The notes below the pieces were generated by a model. It was not told the origin of the DNA and made no database searches. It saw nothing but the letters and a program-made list of their open reading frames with translations. 64,000 bases of DNA from Isurus oxyrinchus (lineage: Eukaryota), in the NCBI GenBank assembly GCA_026770705.1, contig JANJGN010000020.1, forward strand, positions 32,984,001 to 33,048,000, read 5' to 3'. Position numbers and translations under genes: made by a program. Below are positions 61,546 to 64,000 of the stretch, in pieces. The stretch's first letter is position 1, and each line of letters opens with the position of its first letter.

Positions 61546-62699
61546 CACCCAGGGCCGGTGCAACTACTAGGCTAACTAGGTGGTCGCCTCGGGCAGCAAG
61601 GTTTGGGGGGTGGCAGCCATGACACACTGGCACCATAGCAAAAAACTGAAGTCTGAATTCTGAAACTTTAAGATGATATCAAGATGACTTTATGAGCATG
61701 AGCCACCTTACCGTGTGCCCAGGGGTGGTGCACTTTACAGTGTCAATTCAGTCCCTCCTCCTTTCCTCCCTGACTCCCTGTCTCTCTGGAATTTTCTAGC
61801 AGGCAAAAGCAGCGAGCAGCTCTTTTCTGGCCCCGCCTTCCCCAACCCGGAAATGCCCACAGCACCCCCCCAACCATTTCCCTCCCTGAAGTCAACAAAA
61901 TCTCCTTGAGTACCGCCACAATACTCCATATAAACTTGAGCAACTTTAAATAACTGTAGAAAGCACCAAACATGAATTGTAACATCAGTCAGAAGAAACC
62001 AAGCAGCAATTAACCTATAAGTAGCTGATAATCCCTTTAACTAGCACCAGTGGGAGCTCCTTTCTGCTGCTGAACACGTGTTCAGTTGTGCAAGGTTAAG
62101 GGAGGACATGGCGGGGTGTGTTGAGCTCCGAAAGTGGCAGTGTGGCAACAAATCAATGTTGCACACTGACGTCATGGTCTGCCTGTTCTGCACACTTCCA
62201 TTGCCCATTCACCCTGCACACGTGCTAATATCCTCACCAATATGGCATCCAGCACAACCATGGCTGCCACAACAAACGGCATCCAATCCACCCCAAAGAA
62301 TGGGCGCTTGCAATCCGGATTTCTCACTGTATCTCTTATTGATCTCCCTTTTGTTGTTTTGACATTTTGATGCACAGCTATACAGTTTATTACCACTTCC
62401 TTGTCATACCAGTCAAGTTTAGACATTGTCTATTGTTAGTGTAACATAAACAATATCAGAAAACCTCATAAAATGCTGGCAAAATGTACCTGATATATTT
62501 TAAACGTTGTCATATTTGTTTTACATTTTCTGAGCAGAATAAATAAAATCTTAAAAGTGTCACTTTTCATCAGTTGTAATTTGCTCAGTAAATGTAACAA
62601 AAACAGAAATCCGTTATATTGCACTTCTTGATCAGCTCTCTCAAAACATTTGTCTTAAAGCAAAAGCATCTACATTAATTGTTGAATTATGTATCTTGG

Positions 62700-62995
62700 T
62701 ACAGTCTGTCAGCTTGGTCCAGTCAATAATATGAAACCCTTTGGGTTTCAGCCCCACAACAGTTTAAGCAGGCAATCTAGGCTGCTACTCCAGTGCAGTA
62801 CTAAGGGAGTGCTAAAACGTATGAGGTGCTGCCCAGGGGATGAGACACATTAAATTGCTGCTGTGACTTAGATGAATTTTATAATTCCCATTTTATAAAG
62901 AAGAACGAGTTGTCCTGTGTGCTGGCCAACATTTCTGTGTCAAGTATTATAATCAAAAAAAAAATCATCAATTGTCTCATTTCTGTTTTTAGATA
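62700..62995 (+). mobile_element. Deu-type SINE (SacSINE1-like) head/core relic
   Basis: ATCTAGGCTG..ACTCCAGTGCAGTACT.AGGGAGTGCT…GAGGTGCTG…GATGAGAC…TGGCCAACATTT pattern. Confidence 0.55.
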
Positions 62996-63009
62996 CATTG
63001 TTGGTACAA

Positions 63010-64000
63010 GATGAGGTGAGAATGACTGCCCTTGACATCAAAGCAGCATTTGATCTAGGGTGGAATCAAGGGGCCCGAACAAATTGAATGGTACTCAGGG
63101 GGAAAACTCTCCACTGGTTGAAGGCACATTTAGTGCCAAGGAAGATGTTTGTAGTTATTGGGGGCTAAGCATCTCAGCCCCAGGATATCACTGCAGGAAT
63201 TCTTAGGGTAGCATCTTAGGCCAGTGATCTTCAGTTGCTTCATCAGTGACCTTTCCTCCATCATAAAGGCAGAAATGGGGATGTTTACTAATCTTTGTAC
63301 AATGTTCACCATTTGTGACTCCTCAGATACTGAAGCAGTCCATGTCTGCATGCAGCAAGACCTGTGCAACATTCAGCCTTCGGCTAGTAAGTAGCAAGTA
63401 ACATTTCCACTACGGATGTGCCAGGCAATGAGCAAGTCCAATAAGTGAGAATCTAACCAACTTCCCTTGACATTCAATGGCACTACCATCACTGAATTCC
63501 CCACCATCAACATCCTAGAGGCTACCATTGACTAGAAAATGAATTGAACCAGCCATATAAACACTGGCCAAATGAACAGATCAGAGGCTGGGAATTATGC
63601 TGTGAGTAACTCACTTCTTGACATCAAAGCCTGTCCACCATCTACAAGGCACAAGTTGAAAGATGGAATTGCCTGGATGAGTGCAGCTCCAACAACACTC
63701 AAGGAGCTCAACACAATCCCCAGGAAGAAGCAGTCCACTTGATCAGCACCCCATCCACCACTTTAAGCATTCACTCCCTCCACCATTGCTGCATAGGGGC
63801 AGCAGTATGTACCATATGCAAGATGCACTGCAGCAACTCACCAAGTATCCTTCCACCGCACCTTCCAAACCTCTGATCTCTACCATCTAGAAAGATAAGG
63901 ACAGCTAACACATGGGAACACCATCACCTGCAGGTTCCCCTCCAATTCAGTCACCATCCTTACTTGGAACCGTATCACCGATCCTTCAATGTCGCTGGTC
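63010..64000 (+). mobile_element. CR1-group LINE family B, RT to 3' region (runs off window)
   Basis: ALDIKAAFD…LGPVIFSCFISDLS…MQQDL.NIQ…; homologous to 5920-6440. Confidence 0.85.

Noticed and set aside
61550-61920. hAT-like terminus CAGGGCCGG
   Set aside because: No matching right TIR or 8-bp TSD found nearby.
1-64000. Prokaryotic systems (CRISPR, retron, operons)
   Set aside because: No repeat-spacer arrays or gene-dense organisation; all RT motifs belong to eukaryotic retrotransposons.

Overview
This is eukaryotic, repeat-dense vertebrate DNA. The repeat repertoire (esterase-ORF1 CR1, Deu-type SINEs, Neptune-type Penelope elements, Mag-type Gypsy, Harbinger) suggests a cartilaginous fish; that is inference. 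No prokaryotic genes, CRISPR arrays or rRNA are present, and no host gene is confidently identified, so the window is probably intronic or intergenic. The only long intact ORF is the RT + GIY-YIG polyprotein of a Penelope-like element (25240-27993). That element sits in a head-to-head inverted-pLTR structure with a 12-bp TSD and carries minimal hammerhead ribozyme motifs; several small Penelope-end insertions carry the same motif. Four LTR retrotransposons have resolvable LTRs, PBS and PPT (TSDs for three). The most unusual signal is that two different LTR families (44586-48174 + and 54920-57842 -) lack RT/RNase H/integrase core and instead carry the same coiled-coil coding module, which resembles host UACA, fused downstream of gag or gag-protease. 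Also notable: a twin-primed, 5'-inverted RTE LINE with an 11-bp TSD inside a Harbinger transposon; a 66-bp filler at a Gypsy deletion junction that matches nearby sequence; and a tRNA-headed SINE with a three-way-junction tail. All protein-family calls come from motif recognition by eye; no database search was run.
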